DNA of 64,000 nucleotides from the NCBI GenBank assembly GCA_964016885.1, contig OZ024749.1, forward strand, positions 10,974,001 to 11,038,000, written 5' to 3'. Position 1 is the first letter of the stretch. Every line of letters begins with the position of its first letter. Shown in pieces: positions 15,118 to 28,139 of this stretch. Made by a program: the position numbers and the translations under genes. The notes under the pieces were generated by a model, which worked only from the letters and a program-made list of their open reading frames with translations, was not told where the DNA came from and ran no database searches. The DNA is from Eledone cirrhosa. Lineage: Eukaryota.

Positions 15118-15800
15118 TAAGAAGTCATACCATAATAGGGAAGACATTTGGAACCTTGTTTTTTAACAATTAGGTATTTGTTTGGTATATTCCATTGTCT
15201 CACATTCTTGTGTCACAAGCTAAACCAAACTAAGTGTTTATTTAGTGAATTTCAACAACTAAAGGTCTCTAAAAGTTGTGTCCAACATTTTCTTAATTTT
15301 ATTGTTTTTATAAAGTTATTTTACTCATTTTATTTTATGAATTCTTTTTTGTTTGTTTTTATCTATTAAATCATCTATTCAGTGTGAAAGAAGAAACAAA
15401 ATAAAAATAGCTCCCCACCCCACCTAAAATAAAAAAAAATAAAAATGAAAATTGAAATGGCGACAGTATTACGGCTGGGCTGTATTGCCAATATGTTTAT
15501 AAATCACAAGCTCAATATTTGTAAAGCAGCACAACAATATCCAATCTTCTGGAACTAATTAGAATCTTTTTCTTATGGTTTTCCTTTTCATGTATTTTTT
15601 CAAGTTTTTATTTATTGTGTGGCTGTGTCTGAACATTTTAACAGTTTTAGAGAAGTTTGGTTTAAAAGAAAATATATTTAGGTGGTGGGCAATGGAATTA
15701 AAATGTTCAACACATTTACTTCTATTAATTTCAATATAAAAAAACCTTGCTACACATCACTTTATTAGGTTAAGGGAAATATATATTATTTCCAAAATAT

Positions 15801-16850
15801 GTGTTCCAATCATACAAAGGTAAAGGGGATGCTCTGGAGAGGAGCAATTATAGGGGCATAAAGCTGATGGATCAGGTTATGAAAGTGACAGAGAGAATAT
15901 TAACGCAACTAATTAGAGAAAGGATCAAACTAGATGAGATGCAGTTTGGTTTTGTGCCTGGGAAAAGTACAACAGATGCCCTCTTCTTAGTGAGACAACA
16001 ACAAGAGAGGTTCTTAGAGAAGAATAAGCCACTATACTTAGCTTTTGTTGACCTAGAGGAGGCCTTTGATAGGGTACCCCGATCTGTCATCTGGTGGTCA
16101 CTAAGGAAACTAGGTGTAGAGGAATGGCTTGTGGGGACAGTGCAAACTATGTACAGAGGTGCTGTCAGTAAAGTGAAAGTAGGAATGGAGTTTAGTGAGG
16201 AATTCCAGATACAAGTAGGAGTAAATCAGGGTTCGGTCCTCAGCCTGGTCTTGTTCATTATAGTCCTCCAAGCCATAACAGAGGAGTTTAAGACTGGCTG
16301 TCCATTCTCAATGCTGACGATCTGGTTCTTTTTAGTAGAATCAGTAGAGGAGCTAGAGAAGAAATTCTGACTATGGAAACAGCAGTGCAATCAAGAAGAC
16401 TGAGAGTGAACCTAGCTAAGACAAAAGTGTTAAGTAGAAAAGAGGACAAAACTCTGATTCCATCAGGGAATTGACAATGTTCGATATGTAGAAAAGGAGC
16501 TGGCATAAATTCTATAGAATTTACACAATACAGATCTTGGGTACAAAAGAGATGTAGTGGGATAGCAGGCAAACTAACAGGTAGGGAAAACTATGTATGC
16601 AGTAGATGTACAGGGAAATTTGACAGGAGAAGTTGCATTGATAGACACATTTTTCAAATGCAGGTAGGTTCTATAGTAGCGGTTGATAGCCTCCTAGGTG
16701 ATCAGATTAGCGTGGGAGGGGGTCTTCCGAGGCCATAGTATCTAGAATAAGGATGGGTTGGAAGAAGTTTAGGGAGCTGCTTCCTCTGTTGACAAAGAAG
16801 GGTTTCTCCCTGCATATGAAAGGCTGGTTATATGATGCCTGTGTGAGATA
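15801..16850 (+). pseudogene. RTE-clade LINE reverse transcriptase and downstream region, degenerate
   Basis: KGKGDALERSNYRGIKL, QFGFVPGKSTTDA, AFVDLEEAFDRVPR, GVNQGSVLS, a frameshifted ADDL, then a Cys-rich WVQKRCSGI..YVCSRC segment and WKKFRELLPLL. Stops and frameshifts are present. Confidence 0.93.
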
Positions 16851-17200
16851 ACAACATAACTTTACAGAGTAAGGGTAGTGTGGGAGGGAGTTGTATGGGG
16901 TGTGAGGAGTGCATATTGGATTAGGAGGTCCTGACTGAGTGTAAGTTTAAGTCCGTGCACAAGGGAAGGCGAATCTTCTGTATTACTGCATAGCACCAAA
17001 GATCTCGATCCTGTGTCATTGTCTTAGAGAGGTGTTAGTGTGCAAGGTCAGCTTTTATCACCTCATCCCAAGTTTTTGTGGGTCTTCCTACTCCATAACT
17101 TCCATCAACTATCATGTAACATTGCTGTTCGTATACATGCATCATAAATCTGCCCTTCATTTTAAGGAAAAAAACTTTTGTAGCTAATAGCGGTATTAGC
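16850..17200 (-). mobile_element. Inverted RTE 3' ORF/3' UTR fragment with an internal deletion
   Basis: Minus strand reads YDACIRTAMLH joined to VDGSYGVGRPTKTWDEVIKADL...TMTQDRDLW, followed by a C-rich UTR. Confidence 0.75.
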
Positions 17201-17284
17201 TACAAAGTAATACACGGTAATACAGAAGACCTGACTTCCCATGTGTATGGACTCAAACATACATCTAGTAGGCACCTTTAATGA

Positions 17285-17628
17285 CCCTACACACACCCAT
17301 ACCACCCTAACACTGTAAAGTTATGTTGGTATCACAACGTCACAACAAAAAGCCACCAGGCCACACTCTAAAGGGGTCATGCTGGTGTCATGACTAAAAG
17401 CACCCAGCTCACACTGTAAAGTAGTTGTGTAGGTGTCGCGACTAAAAGCACCCAGAACACACTGTAAATGTGGTTGACATTTGGAAGGGCATCTAGCTGT
17501 AGAAACCTAGCCAAAATCAGTTCTGTATGAGCAAGACGAGGTCACTAGATTTCAACTTGCCTCAAATAGGACAACCCGTCTAACCCATGCTAGTGTCGAT
17601 AATGGATGTTAAACAGTGATGATGATGA
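17285..17628 (+). mobile_element. RTE 3' UTR / SINE2-type 3' module ending in (GAT)n
   Basis: Duplicated AAAAGCACCCAG..CACACTGTAAA, then GGAAGGGCATC.AGCTGTAGAAA, then AACCCATGCTAG..GGATGTTAAAC.GTGATGATGATG. Confidence 0.8.
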
Positions 17629-17799
17629 TATGTATACATAGTTGTGTTATTTATTGATATTCATACTCTGAACAAGAAAGTTAAGGGAACACTTTCATGT
17701 TCTGTATATGAACATATATAAATAATATATCAGCTCTTAGATGAGATTGAGCACTATTTTCCTTCTTTTTCAAATACATCAATATTTTTTGTTGTGTGT

Positions 17800-17820
17800 A
17801 CACACACACACACACACACA

Positions 17821-17855
<35 letters not shown>
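17800..17855. repeat. (CA)n(CT)n compound microsatellite
   Basis: Visible directly. Confidence 0.95.
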
Positions 17856-17859
<4 letters not shown>

Positions 17860-18124
17860 CTAACATGGAAATAGACTTTAAATGATGATGATGTATATGT
17901 GTGTATGTAAATATAGCGAGAGAGACTATAAAATGCTCTTTGATAAGGGAATATTTATTCTGCGACAGTGAAACAATACATCACAGGGAAGAGTTGTATG
18001 GAAATTCATGTCTTTGTAGACATAAAAGAAAACCTATAAATTTGCGGATATTTTAAAGTTGAGATCATCATTCCAACAGTTGACTTCTGATGGAAGTAGG
18101 TGGTCATTTATGGAGAGTATGACA

Positions 18125-18691
18125 AACATCAACAATAACATCATCAGCATCATCATCAGCATCGGCAACATCAATGATGACATCAACATCAATAATGACA
18201 ATTATAACATCAACACTAACAACAATAACAATAACAACATCAATAACAATAACATCAACAACAACAACAACAATAACAATAACATCAACAATAACAACAA
18301 CAAGAATAACACTATCAATAACAATAGTAATAATATCAATAACATCAACACCAATAATAACAACAATAACATCAATAACAACAATAACAACATCAACAAC
18401 AATAATAACAACAACAATAACAACAATAGCATCAACAACAACAATAACAACATCAACAACAACAATAATAACAACAATAACAACAATAACATCAACAAAT
18501 ACAAAAATATCATCAACAATAACAATATCATCAATAAGATCAACACTAACAATAACAACAGCAACAATAACATCAACATCAACACTAACAATAACAACAG
18601 CAACAATAACAACAACATCAACACTAACAATAACAACAGCAACAACAACAACATCAACACCAACAATATCAACATTAACAACAACAACAAC
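18125..18691. repeat. Degenerate (AAC/AAT/ATC)n trinucleotide tract
   Basis: About 570 bp of AAC/AAT triplets; produces the poly-N, poly-T and poly-L ORFs. Confidence 0.93.
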
Positions 18692-18876
18692 TGGTGGTTT
18701 TGTATCAAAAGGTATTAATTAACTAATTAAAATGCTTTAAATATTTGGTTGTAAAGGGGTTAATCTGTAGTAGAACAATCTATGTAGGTGGTTTCATTAA
18801 GGAACAACTAATTAGTGCGCACCCTTGGTGAAGTCTAACTCCCACATTGAATGGTTTCAATTTGGCACCATATATG

Positions 18877-19203
18877 ATCATCATCATTTTACGTCCGCTC
18901 TTCCCTGCTTGCAAGGGTGGGACGGGAACTGATTCTGGCTTGATTTCTACAGCTGGATGCCCTTCCTAACACCAACCTCATTTACAGTGAGTGCTGGGTG
19001 CTTTTTTTCCGTGGCACCTCCACGACCACTTTGCAGTGGAATGATAGGGACCCCAGTCCCTATCATCTCATTTCTACAGCTGAGTAAACTGGAGCAATGT
19101 GAAATAAAGTGTCTTGCTCAAGGAAACAACACATCACCCGGCCTGAGAATTGAACTCACAACCTTCCGATTGCAAGGCCAATGCTCTCTAACCACTAAGC
19201 CAT
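18877..19203 (-). mobile_element. SINE family 2 (tRNA head, CORE-like domain, RTE-type tail), near full length
   Basis: Reverse-complement match to 62843-63213. Confidence 0.88.
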
Positions 19204-19372
19204 ATCATCATCGTTTAATGTCTATCTTCCACACCAGCATGGGTTAGACAGGAATCAGTTCCCGTCCCACCCTTGCAAGCAGGGAAAATTGGACGTAAAA
19301 TGATGAGGATAATAAATAAATATCGAAAGAAGGAAATTGACAATTTTTCAACTTATTATATATATATATATA

Positions 19373-19547
19373 TAATTGTTTCTATTTTAGGCACAAGGCC
19401 GGCAATTACCCAGTACATTACTGGTACTTTATTTTATCGACCCCGTAAGGATGAGAGGCAAAGTTAACCTCGGCGGGATTTGAACTCAAATCATAAAGGG
19501 ACGTAACTCTATGCTTCAAAGCATGGTGTCCGACTCTCTACCGATAC
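19373..19547 (-). mobile_element. SINE family 1, near full length
   Basis: B box (GTTCAAATCC), central domain and 3' end all present in reverse. Confidence 0.88.
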
Positions 19548-19558
19548 ACACACACATT

Positions 19559-19629
19559 GGGGTCGATAAAATAAAGTACCAGTAATGCACTGGGTAATTG
19601 CTGGCCTTGTGCCTAACGTAGAAACAATT
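19559..19629 (+). mobile_element. SINE family 1, 3' fragment, inverted relative to its neighbour
   Basis: GGGGTCGATAAAATAAAGTACCAG...AGAAACAATT. Confidence 0.85.
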
Positions 19630-19888
19630 ATATATATAATGTGTGTGCGTATGTCATGTGGTTAGATTCAACCCAAATCCTAACCATTGTCAAATTTCCT
19701 TGCAAAAGAGTATCTACTTACAATGTTCTAAAGCCCCCCCCCCCCCCCCATACACACACACACCAAAGCCAGGTGACGGGTCTCACACATATGATGGGAA
19801 TCTGTACAGTTTCCATCTCCCAAATTTCATTCCCCAGGTAACGGCTATTCTGAGGCAATAATTGGAGGTACCTATTGTGGGGAAAAAC

Positions 19889-21485
19889 ACTATATGGTCC
19901 TTCACATACAATATTATATGGTCCTTCACATACAATATTATATGGTCCTTCACATACAATATTATATGGTTCTTCACATACAATATTATATGGTCCTTCA
20001 CATACAATATTATATGGTCCTTCACATACAATATTATATGGTTCTTCACATACAATATTATATGGTCCTTCACATACAATATTATATGGTCCTTCACATA
20101 CAATATTATATGGTCCTTCACATACAATATTATATGGTTCTTCACATACAATATTATATGGTCCTTCACATACAATATTATATGGTCCTTCACATACAAT
20201 ATTATATGGTTCTTCACATACAATATTATATGGTCCTTCACATACAATATTATATGGTTCTTCACATACAATATTATATGGTCCTTCACATACAATATTA
20301 TATGGTTCTTCACATACAATACTATATGGTTCTTCACATACATTACTATATGGTTCTTCACATACAATACTATATGGTTCTTCACATACAATATTATATG
20401 GTTCTTCACATACAATATTATATGGTTCTTCACATACAATATTATATGGTTCTTCACATACAATACTATATGGTTCTTCACATACAATATTATATGGTCC
20501 TTCACATACAATATTATATGGTCCTTCACATACAATACTATATGGTTCTTCACATACAATATTATATGGTTCTTCACATACAATATTATATGGTCCTTCA
20601 CGTACAATATTATATGGTCCTTCACATACAATATTATATGGTTCTTCACATACAATATTATATGGTTCTTCACATACAATACTATATGGTTCTTCACATA
20701 CAATATTATATGGTTCTTCACATACAATATTATATGGTTCTTCACATACAATATTATATGGTCCTTCACATACAATACTATATGGTTCTTCACATACAAT
20801 ATTATATGGTTCTTCACATACAATATTATATGGTTCTTCACATACAATATTATATGGTCCTTCACATACAATACTATATGGTTCTTCACATACAATATTA
20901 TATGGTTCTTCACATACAATACTATATGGTTCTTCACATACAATATTATATGGTTCTTCACATACAATATTATATGGTTCTTCACATACAATATTATATG
21001 GTCCTTCACATACAATACTATATGGTTCTTCACATACAATATTATATGGTTCTTCACATACAATATTATATGGTTCTTCACATACAATATTATATGGTCC
21101 TTCACATACAATACTATATGGTTCTTCACATACAATATTATATGGTTCTTCACATACAATACTATATGGTTCTTCACATACAATATTATATGGTCCTTCA
21201 CATACAATATTATATGGTCCTTCACATACAATATTATATGGTCCTTCACATACAATATTATATGGTCCTTCACATACAATATTATATGGTCCTTCACGTA
21301 CAATATTATATGGTCCTTCACGTACAATATTATATGGTCCTTCACGTACAATATTATATGGTCCTTCACATACAATATTATATGGTTCTTCACATACAAT
21401 ACTATATGGTTCTTCACATACAATATTATATGGTTCTTCACATACAATATTATATGGTCCTTCACATACAATACTATATGGTTCA
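19889..21485. repeat. 24-bp satellite TATATGGT(C/T)CTTCACATACAATA(T/C), ~66 copies
   Basis: Exact 24-bp period with no indels seen. Confidence 0.98.
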
Positions 21486-21494
21486 TATATTTAA

Positions 21495-21714
21495 CCCTTT
21501 TGCATTTAAACTGGCCGTATCCAGCCAGAATTCTCTCACCTCTTTCTGTTCAAACCAGTCATAACTGGCTGCTCATAGTGATGTTAAGATATTGTTCTCA
21601 AAATAAATATCATCAAAATCTCATAGATTCGATATTATGTAGATAATTATGTAAGATAAAGCCTTTACCACAAAAATACAAAAGTATATATAGAGTAATG
21701 TTAATGCTAAAGGG
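21495..21714 (+). mobile_element. ~220-bp piggyBac-like MITE (family A)
   Basis: TTAA|CCCTTTTGCATT...AATGCTAAAGGG|TTAA; homologous to the copies at 53011, 61277 and 61932. Confidence 0.85.
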
Positions 21715-21728
21715 TTAAATATATAACT

Positions 21729-21808
21729 AATTGTCTACTTTTTGGCACAAGGCCAGCAATTATCCCACTGTTACTTTATTTTATCGACCCTGTAAGGATG
21801 AAAGGGAA
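21729..21808 (-). mobile_element. SINE family 1, 3' fragment
   Basis: GGCACAAGGCCAGCAATT...TTTTATCGACCCTGTAAGGATGAAAGG. Confidence 0.75.
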
Positions 21809-22439
21809 GAAATTTCAGATGTCTTCTTCTTCAAGATTTTGTTTTTAAAAGAAATAAATCATTTAAAAGAGAATTATATACATTTTCCAGAAAGTTTTTT
21901 TAGTTAAAAGAAAATTTTTCTCTGCATTTGTTTGATTTTTTTTGTTTGTTTGTTTTAACCATTAATCTGTTTATTTTTTTCACCTGACACATAAACATCT
22001 TCATATTTAACTAAAATTTCAGTGAAACTCCTCAATTGAAAAGCTATACAATTGCAGTATGTTGATGGCACAGCCATCTGCTGCACAACATACTAAAGTT
22101 CCAATGTCTGTAGTTTGAATTTCAAACAGTTTAGATGCTGCCTCTCACTTACACTTTGATGGAACATTGATTTCTTCTTTCCTTAAAACTCTCAACATCT
22201 CATGTCTTTATTATTTATTTATTATTTTGATTTATTTTAAAATTTCAAAAAACATTGAAAGTAGAGGGCGGGGTGAAGGGGGGAGGGGTTATTGGGGGTG
22301 ATGGGGTGAGGTAAAGGGAATAAGCTGGTTCCTTTGCTGACAAAAAAAAAAATTTTTTTTTCATACCAAAATATTAACGGAAGGAAATCTGACTAAACTA
22401 AAAAATCTTTTATTAATTTCTATGTTTATTGTTGTAGTA

Positions 22440-22813
22440 GGGTGGTAGATTGACACAATCGATAGAGCATCGGACAGCATGCTTTGTGGCATAGAGTTCA
22501 CGTTCTAAGTTCAAATCCCTCTGAGGTAAACTTTGCCATTCATCCTGACGAGGTCGGAAAAATAAAGTACCAGTCACGTACTGGGGTCGATTTAATCAAC
22601 TTTCCCCTCCTCCCAAAATTGCTGGTCTTGTGCCTATATAAGAAACCATTATTATTATTATTATTATGCTTTCGAGCATAGAGTTACGTCCCTTTACGAT
22701 CTGAGTTCAAATCCCGCCGAGGTTGACTTTTCCTTTCATCCTTACGGGGTCGATAAAATAAAGTACCAGTAATGCACTGGGTAATTGCTGGCCTTGTGCC
22801 TAAAGTAGAAACA

Positions 22814-22852
<39 letters not shown>
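22440..22852 (+). mobile_element. Two tandem SINE family 1 copies, each ending in (ATT)n
   Basis: An older variant at ~22440-22666 and a 5'-truncated copy at ~22667-22852; both have the GTTCAAATCC B box and the central domain. Confidence 0.85.
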
Positions 22853-22853
<1 letters not shown>

Positions 22854-23389
22854 CTTCTGCAACAAAAAGTTAGTGTAGGAGATAAAAGGTCTTTCATTTT
22901 TTTTCTTTGTTTCATTAAATTTTTGTTTTATTTTTCGAATTTCTCTTGGAACGAGTTTAGATATTTTTTATTTCATTTTCCATTAAAATCAATTAAATCG
23001 AAGGCACATAATTCCATAAAATCTTCACATTGATCATCATCAATGAACACCATTGAAATGGAATGAAATGATATTTATTGCTCACACGTAGGTTTAGCTG
23101 GTCTCCTAAAAGGTTACATCTTGTAGGAGGTTTCTTAGGTGTTTTAATGATAGGGTCTCCAGTCGTATCATGTTCTTGTTACAGCTAACACATATGCTGG
23201 TTTAGTTGGCCTCCTACGAGGTTTAGTTGGCCTGCGAGATTAGGTTTAGTTGGCCTATTGAGATGAGGTTTTATCTTGTAGAAGGTTTCTCAGGTGTTTT
23301 AATGACAAGGGCCCCAGTTCTATTGTGAAGATCAACATGAAATGAAGCAACAATAACAGCAATACTCAATGCTTCTCAAATGATATATA

Positions 23390-24500
23390 ACATCATCATC
23401 ACTGTTTAACGTCCATTTTTCCATGCTAGCATGGGTTAGACGAGTTGTCCTGTTGTGAGAAATTCCAGGTCAGGTAACCATGTCTTAGTCATACAGAACT
23501 GATTTTGGTTTGGTTTCTACAGCTGGATGCCCTTCCTAATGCCAACCATATTTACAGTGTGGGCTGGGTGCTTTTTGTTGTGACACCTACAAGTCCACTT
23601 TACAGTGTGAGCTAGGGACTTTGGTGGGAGAGGTGTGTGGGAATTGTGGAGGTGGGTATTTGGGCGTGTGTGAGGGGTGGAGTGTTAGGACATGGGAGGT
23701 AAGTGGAAGTGAGTGAGGTAGAGGTGGTACCCGCTAATGTATGCTTCAGCCTGTCTTCATGGGAAGAATAGTCTTCTGTATTACTGCATAACACAAGAGA
23801 TCCCGGTCCTGTTCTGTGTCTTTGAGAGGTGTAATTGTGCAAGGTGAGCTTTTATCACCTCATCCTAATTCTTCCTGAGTCTCCCCACTCCAAGCCTTCC
23901 ATCAACTTTGAGAGCTCTGCACTTTTTTTATACCACTGTCATCCTTCATACATATCACATGTCTATACCAACACAATCTCCTCTGCTGCACACTGCATCC
24001 GATTCCTCTTATGCCTAGTTTTTCTCTCAATTCATTTATGCTTTATCATTCACGTATATTACTATTACACATCCATCGGAGCATGCAAGCTTCATTTCTT
24101 TCCAATCTATGCAAGTCTTCTGCACAAAGTGTGCAGGTCTCACTACCATCCAACATTGCTGTTCGTATGCATGCATCATACAGTCTGCCTTTCATTTTGA
24201 GGGAAAAGCCTTGTGTAGCCAGCAGCAGTAGTAGCTCCCTGAACTTCTTTCATCCCATTCTCACTCTGGCAACTGTACTTTCAGAACACCTACCTCCACT
24301 GCTAATTTGGTCACCCAGGTAGCAGAAACTGTCTACTGCTTCTACTGAACCTTCCCAGAATTTAATAGCATTTGTTTCCTGTGGTCTTTTGCTGCTTACT
24401 GCTCCTGTGCAACAGCCACATGTAAAACCTACATTCTTAGCTAAACTTCTGAGATCCCTCTACATCTCTTGTAGTTTGCATTTGGGACAGATGTATAATT
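23390..24500 (-). mobile_element. RTE LINE 3' portion: ORF end, C-rich UTR, shared 3' module, (GAT)n tail
   Basis: Minus strand reads LAKNVGFTCGCCTG, SVEAVDSFCYLGDQISSGGRCSE, KFRELLLLL, KGRLYDACIRTAMLDGSET and DEVIKAHL. The tail CATCATCATCAC lies at ~23391. Confidence 0.88.
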
Positions 24501-24905
24501 TCATTTCAGTTTTCTCTCCTACTAACAAAAAACTAACTCCTTTTGTCATAATGTCTGCCTGATTGACCAATATGTAATAAGACGGCACTGAAAAATTATT
24601 ACAGATTTCTTTTACTGATCGAAATATTATGTGTATAAAACCATACAAACAAAGCCAACTTCCGCACAAAGAGGTTAATGGTCCTATCAATAATTCTTTT
24701 CACCAATAACACTGATAAATCTCACATTACTTAACAAAACTTAACTCTTTTGATACAAAACTGCCTGAAACCATCTCTGATTCTATGATAGAAAGCTGTT
24801 TCATTTAAAGTGTTTATATTTATCTAAAAAAAAACATCCTTTATGATTGTACATTTAATAAGTTATGTTCCAAACACAAATTTCTCTAAAATTCTTTTAT
24901 AAGTC

Positions 24906-26220
24906 TTGAAAGATCATAAGCCAAATTTCGTTAACAACCCCTCCATTCGGCTCATTAACTTCACTAAGACTGATTTAGATAAGATTATACCAAAAATTAG
25001 AGATATGCCACCTTTAACCTTGTGGAATAATTTTTTTATGGTGATTGATTCGTTCAATGGCATATGTAACAAGGAACATTGCCGTTTTATCCAATTCTAC
25101 ATCAAGAGCTACTATTCTTCCATCACCTTATCCTTCTTAGAGCTATTAATTTCGCCAAAATATTCATGGAAATTAAGGATTTCGAAGATGATGTCATCTT
25201 AAATGCTCGAATGTCTGTGATAAATTTCAACAACTCTATTTGGCTTAACAATCAAATAGTACCCCCTTTGATGTGAGCATGGGTGCCAGTGATTTGGCAG
25301 AGGTCGCAGGTCTTATTGGTCTATTTTTATTCTTTTCTATCAAGGAGGAATTTCCTAATGTAGGCAGAGGTCTGTACTGTGATGATGGTCTTTTGATTAT
25401 GACTAATTGCGGACCCCGCGCTAGCGATAGTTTTAGAAAGGAGCTTATCGCTTTCTTTAAAGGCTTCAACCTTTCCATTCAGGTTGAGACCAACTTATGT
25501 CATGAATTTCCTAGATGTAACACTCAATATGTTGAATAGCCTGTACTACTCGTATAGAAAGCCTAATGATATGTTAAATTACATTATTAACTATTCTAAC
25601 CACCCAGCCAGCTTAACTAAACGTTAAAAACGTTTTATTGAGGCTTTCTCATTTACCAGCTAATGAGCATATCTTCACCGATCATTCCACATATTGAAGC
25701 TTTACCTCGGAGTGGATTTCTAATTTAGTGAAAATAACTATCCGTAGTAATATAAACAATCCAGAAGTTAGTTCTATCTGTAATTGTAGGAAGAGGGATC
25801 ACTGCCCTCTAGCTGGGAAATGCCTATCTAGCAATATAGTTTACAAATGTAAGGTTGACATACCCACAACTAGTAAGGCTTACATAGGGTTAACTGCCAA
25901 TAGATGTAAGCAGCGTCTCTACATGCACTCTCATTCATTTCAAAACCCTTTAAAAAGGAATATTACTTCACTTTCAGCCTATATCTGGAGTTTAAAAGAC
26001 AACATCCAATATAGGTTACATTAGGAGATCTTAGCTAAAGCTAGATCCTATAACGGAAATAAAAGATAGTGTGATCTTTGCGCCGCTGAAGCATTAGAAA
26101 TACTTTACGCCAACAAACGAATCTTGAACAAAAAAAAAGTGAAGTAATTTCGGCTTGTGAGCATAAACAGTATAAAACTTTCTTGTATTACAGCCCAACA
26201 GTATATCCTACCGGATAGTA
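24906..26220 (+). pseudogene. Penelope-like element (RT + GIY-YIG endonuclease), degenerate
   Basis: LKDHKPNF..NPSIRLIN, IQFYIKSYYSSI, FDVSMGASDLAEV, GLYCDDGL, FLDVTL, YRKPND..SNHP, then CNCRKRDHCPLAGKCL..IVYKC..AYIGLT..KQRLYMH. Many frameshifts and stops. Confidence 0.9.
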
Positions 26221-27312
26221 CAGACACTATATTGATAATATATGTCATGGTGTGATAGCTAAGAACAATATAACTTTATACTCAATTGATATTTATATAT
26301 GTATATGTATGTATAAATGTATATGTGTATATATATATTTATAAGTGTATAGAAATATGTGTATATATATATATATATATTTGAAAAAAAGGAAAAGAAT
26401 GACTTCACTTGTAGTGTTAAATAATTTGATTTAATTTTATAATATTATGAGTTGGTAGATCTAGTAAGTTCTTTGTTAACTTCAGTGGCAAGAATTTTAA
26501 AGATTCCTGGTTAACTTTGTTGGAGAACTTTCTCGCATTCGTCGGTGGCAATTGTCAAACTAAGAGAGATTTGGATGTGTGTGGGGTGTGGTGTTAATGA
26601 GTGTTGATGAAGATTTGGAGGAATTAAAGCATAAACGCACACACATACACACGCACATACATATATACACTCAGAAAATGGTGAGGTTGACATCAAGATA
26701 AGGGTATTTGAGAAGGTGGTTGTAAACATCCCCTCCTGCTGGTCTTATTTCATTAGCTGACCTTTGATGAGTATTTAATGGAAGGGTGTTTTTCAAATTA
26801 GTTTCTTATAGCTGAATCAACTCTCTTAAATTTATAAAGAATATCTTCTACAAATTTCTATATCAAAGATGAATTTAGGTGGTGGTGGGTTTTAATGAGG
26901 TGTAAGATACATGTCTTGATAAGAATGGGATGACAGTAAAAAGAGAAAGGAAGGATAGTTTTGGAACATTTGTCAAAAATGTGTTGTTGATATTGGTTTG
27001 GTAGAGGAAGTGTCGGGGTGGGGACATGCTAGTTCACATATTCATTTTTCTATCTGTAAATATATTTACAGTGTGGACTGGGAGCTTTTTACTGTGTTAC
27101 CTACACAACCACATTACAGTGTGGACTGTTTTTTCTCTCTTTTTCTTTCTCTCTCTCCCTTTTTTTCTCTTTTCTTTCTCTCTTCCTTTCTTTTTTTCCC
27201 CTTCCCCTTTTTTTTTCCTTTCTCTATTTCTTTTTCTTTTTTTTTTTTGTCGTGACACCTACATGACCTCATTAGTTTGGACTGGATGTTGTGGTACCAA
27301 CATTACTTTATA

Positions 27313-27960
27313 GAGACAATAACAAAATCAATTATTGATCTCTGTCCCTGATTCCTCTTATACCATATATATTTATGGAATATGGTGTTCATAATAGAGA
27401 GTCCATTGCTAGAAGAGAGGTCTAGTAAAGCCTCTCTATTTGTATTTAAATCGTGGTCACCATTCCTTCCAATCGCTCCATGTCAGGTAGTCAGTGCCAA
27501 CATGTGTATTTAAGTGTCTCATTAGGATATATGACTCGATCTTAACTACATCTAATGCTGCAGTGACTTCATCAAGGAAGGATCTGAGGCAAATCCTCTC
27601 TCTCCTAAAGGGATTCAATCCATAACACATTCTGACAGCCCGGAGTTGTGCGTATTCCCACTCCCACCTGTGCAGTCATTCTGGCACCACACCTGAATAG
27701 TGGAGATTCCATCCTCCATCCTCCAAATCTACAGCATCAGAGCCATGGAACTTTGTTGATGAAACCCTGACTATATCTAGCCAGTAGTATCTAGCCCCCT
27801 CCACTAATTTTTTCTCCTTACTTATAAGGATTGGGAAGTTCCATGTTCTAATTGTTAAGATGTGCTGCCATCCGAACTCTCTTTGGAGTCTTGGGATATA
27901 TAATCTTTTTGCGTCCATCCCACACCTTCCAGAACAGGTTGCAGGCCCATCATCAGTTTT
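27313..27960 (-). pseudogene. AP-endonuclease domain of a second RTE-like LINE, degenerate
   Basis: TWN..., LDIVRVSSTKFHGS..LEDGGWNLHYSGV, NTHVGTD, SNGLSIMNTIFH and GQRSIIDFVIVS motifs. Confidence 0.8.
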
Positions 27961-28139
27961 TGCGCCGTGAAATGGAGACTGCTATATTTTTTTCAAACAG
28001 GCCCCTCTAACTAAGCCGTGAATGTGTCAACAACAACAGCAAAAACCCAGCTCAATAACAACAGCAAAAATGAAAAAGAAATTAAAGGAATTAAGGAGTG
28101 TTCTCTGTAAAATCGATTTATTGATCTCTGATACAAAAG

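Noticed and set aside
15461-15470. miR-8/miR-200-like sequence (TAATACTGTC on the minus strand)
   Set aside because: Only 10 nt match and no precursor hairpin; at most a target site.
18059-18722. Poly-Asn/Thr/Leu protein
   Set aside because: Trinucleotide tract open in several frames.
19783-21646. Four overlapping 539-594 aa ORFs
   Set aside because: Artefact of a 24-bp unit lacking stops in four frames.
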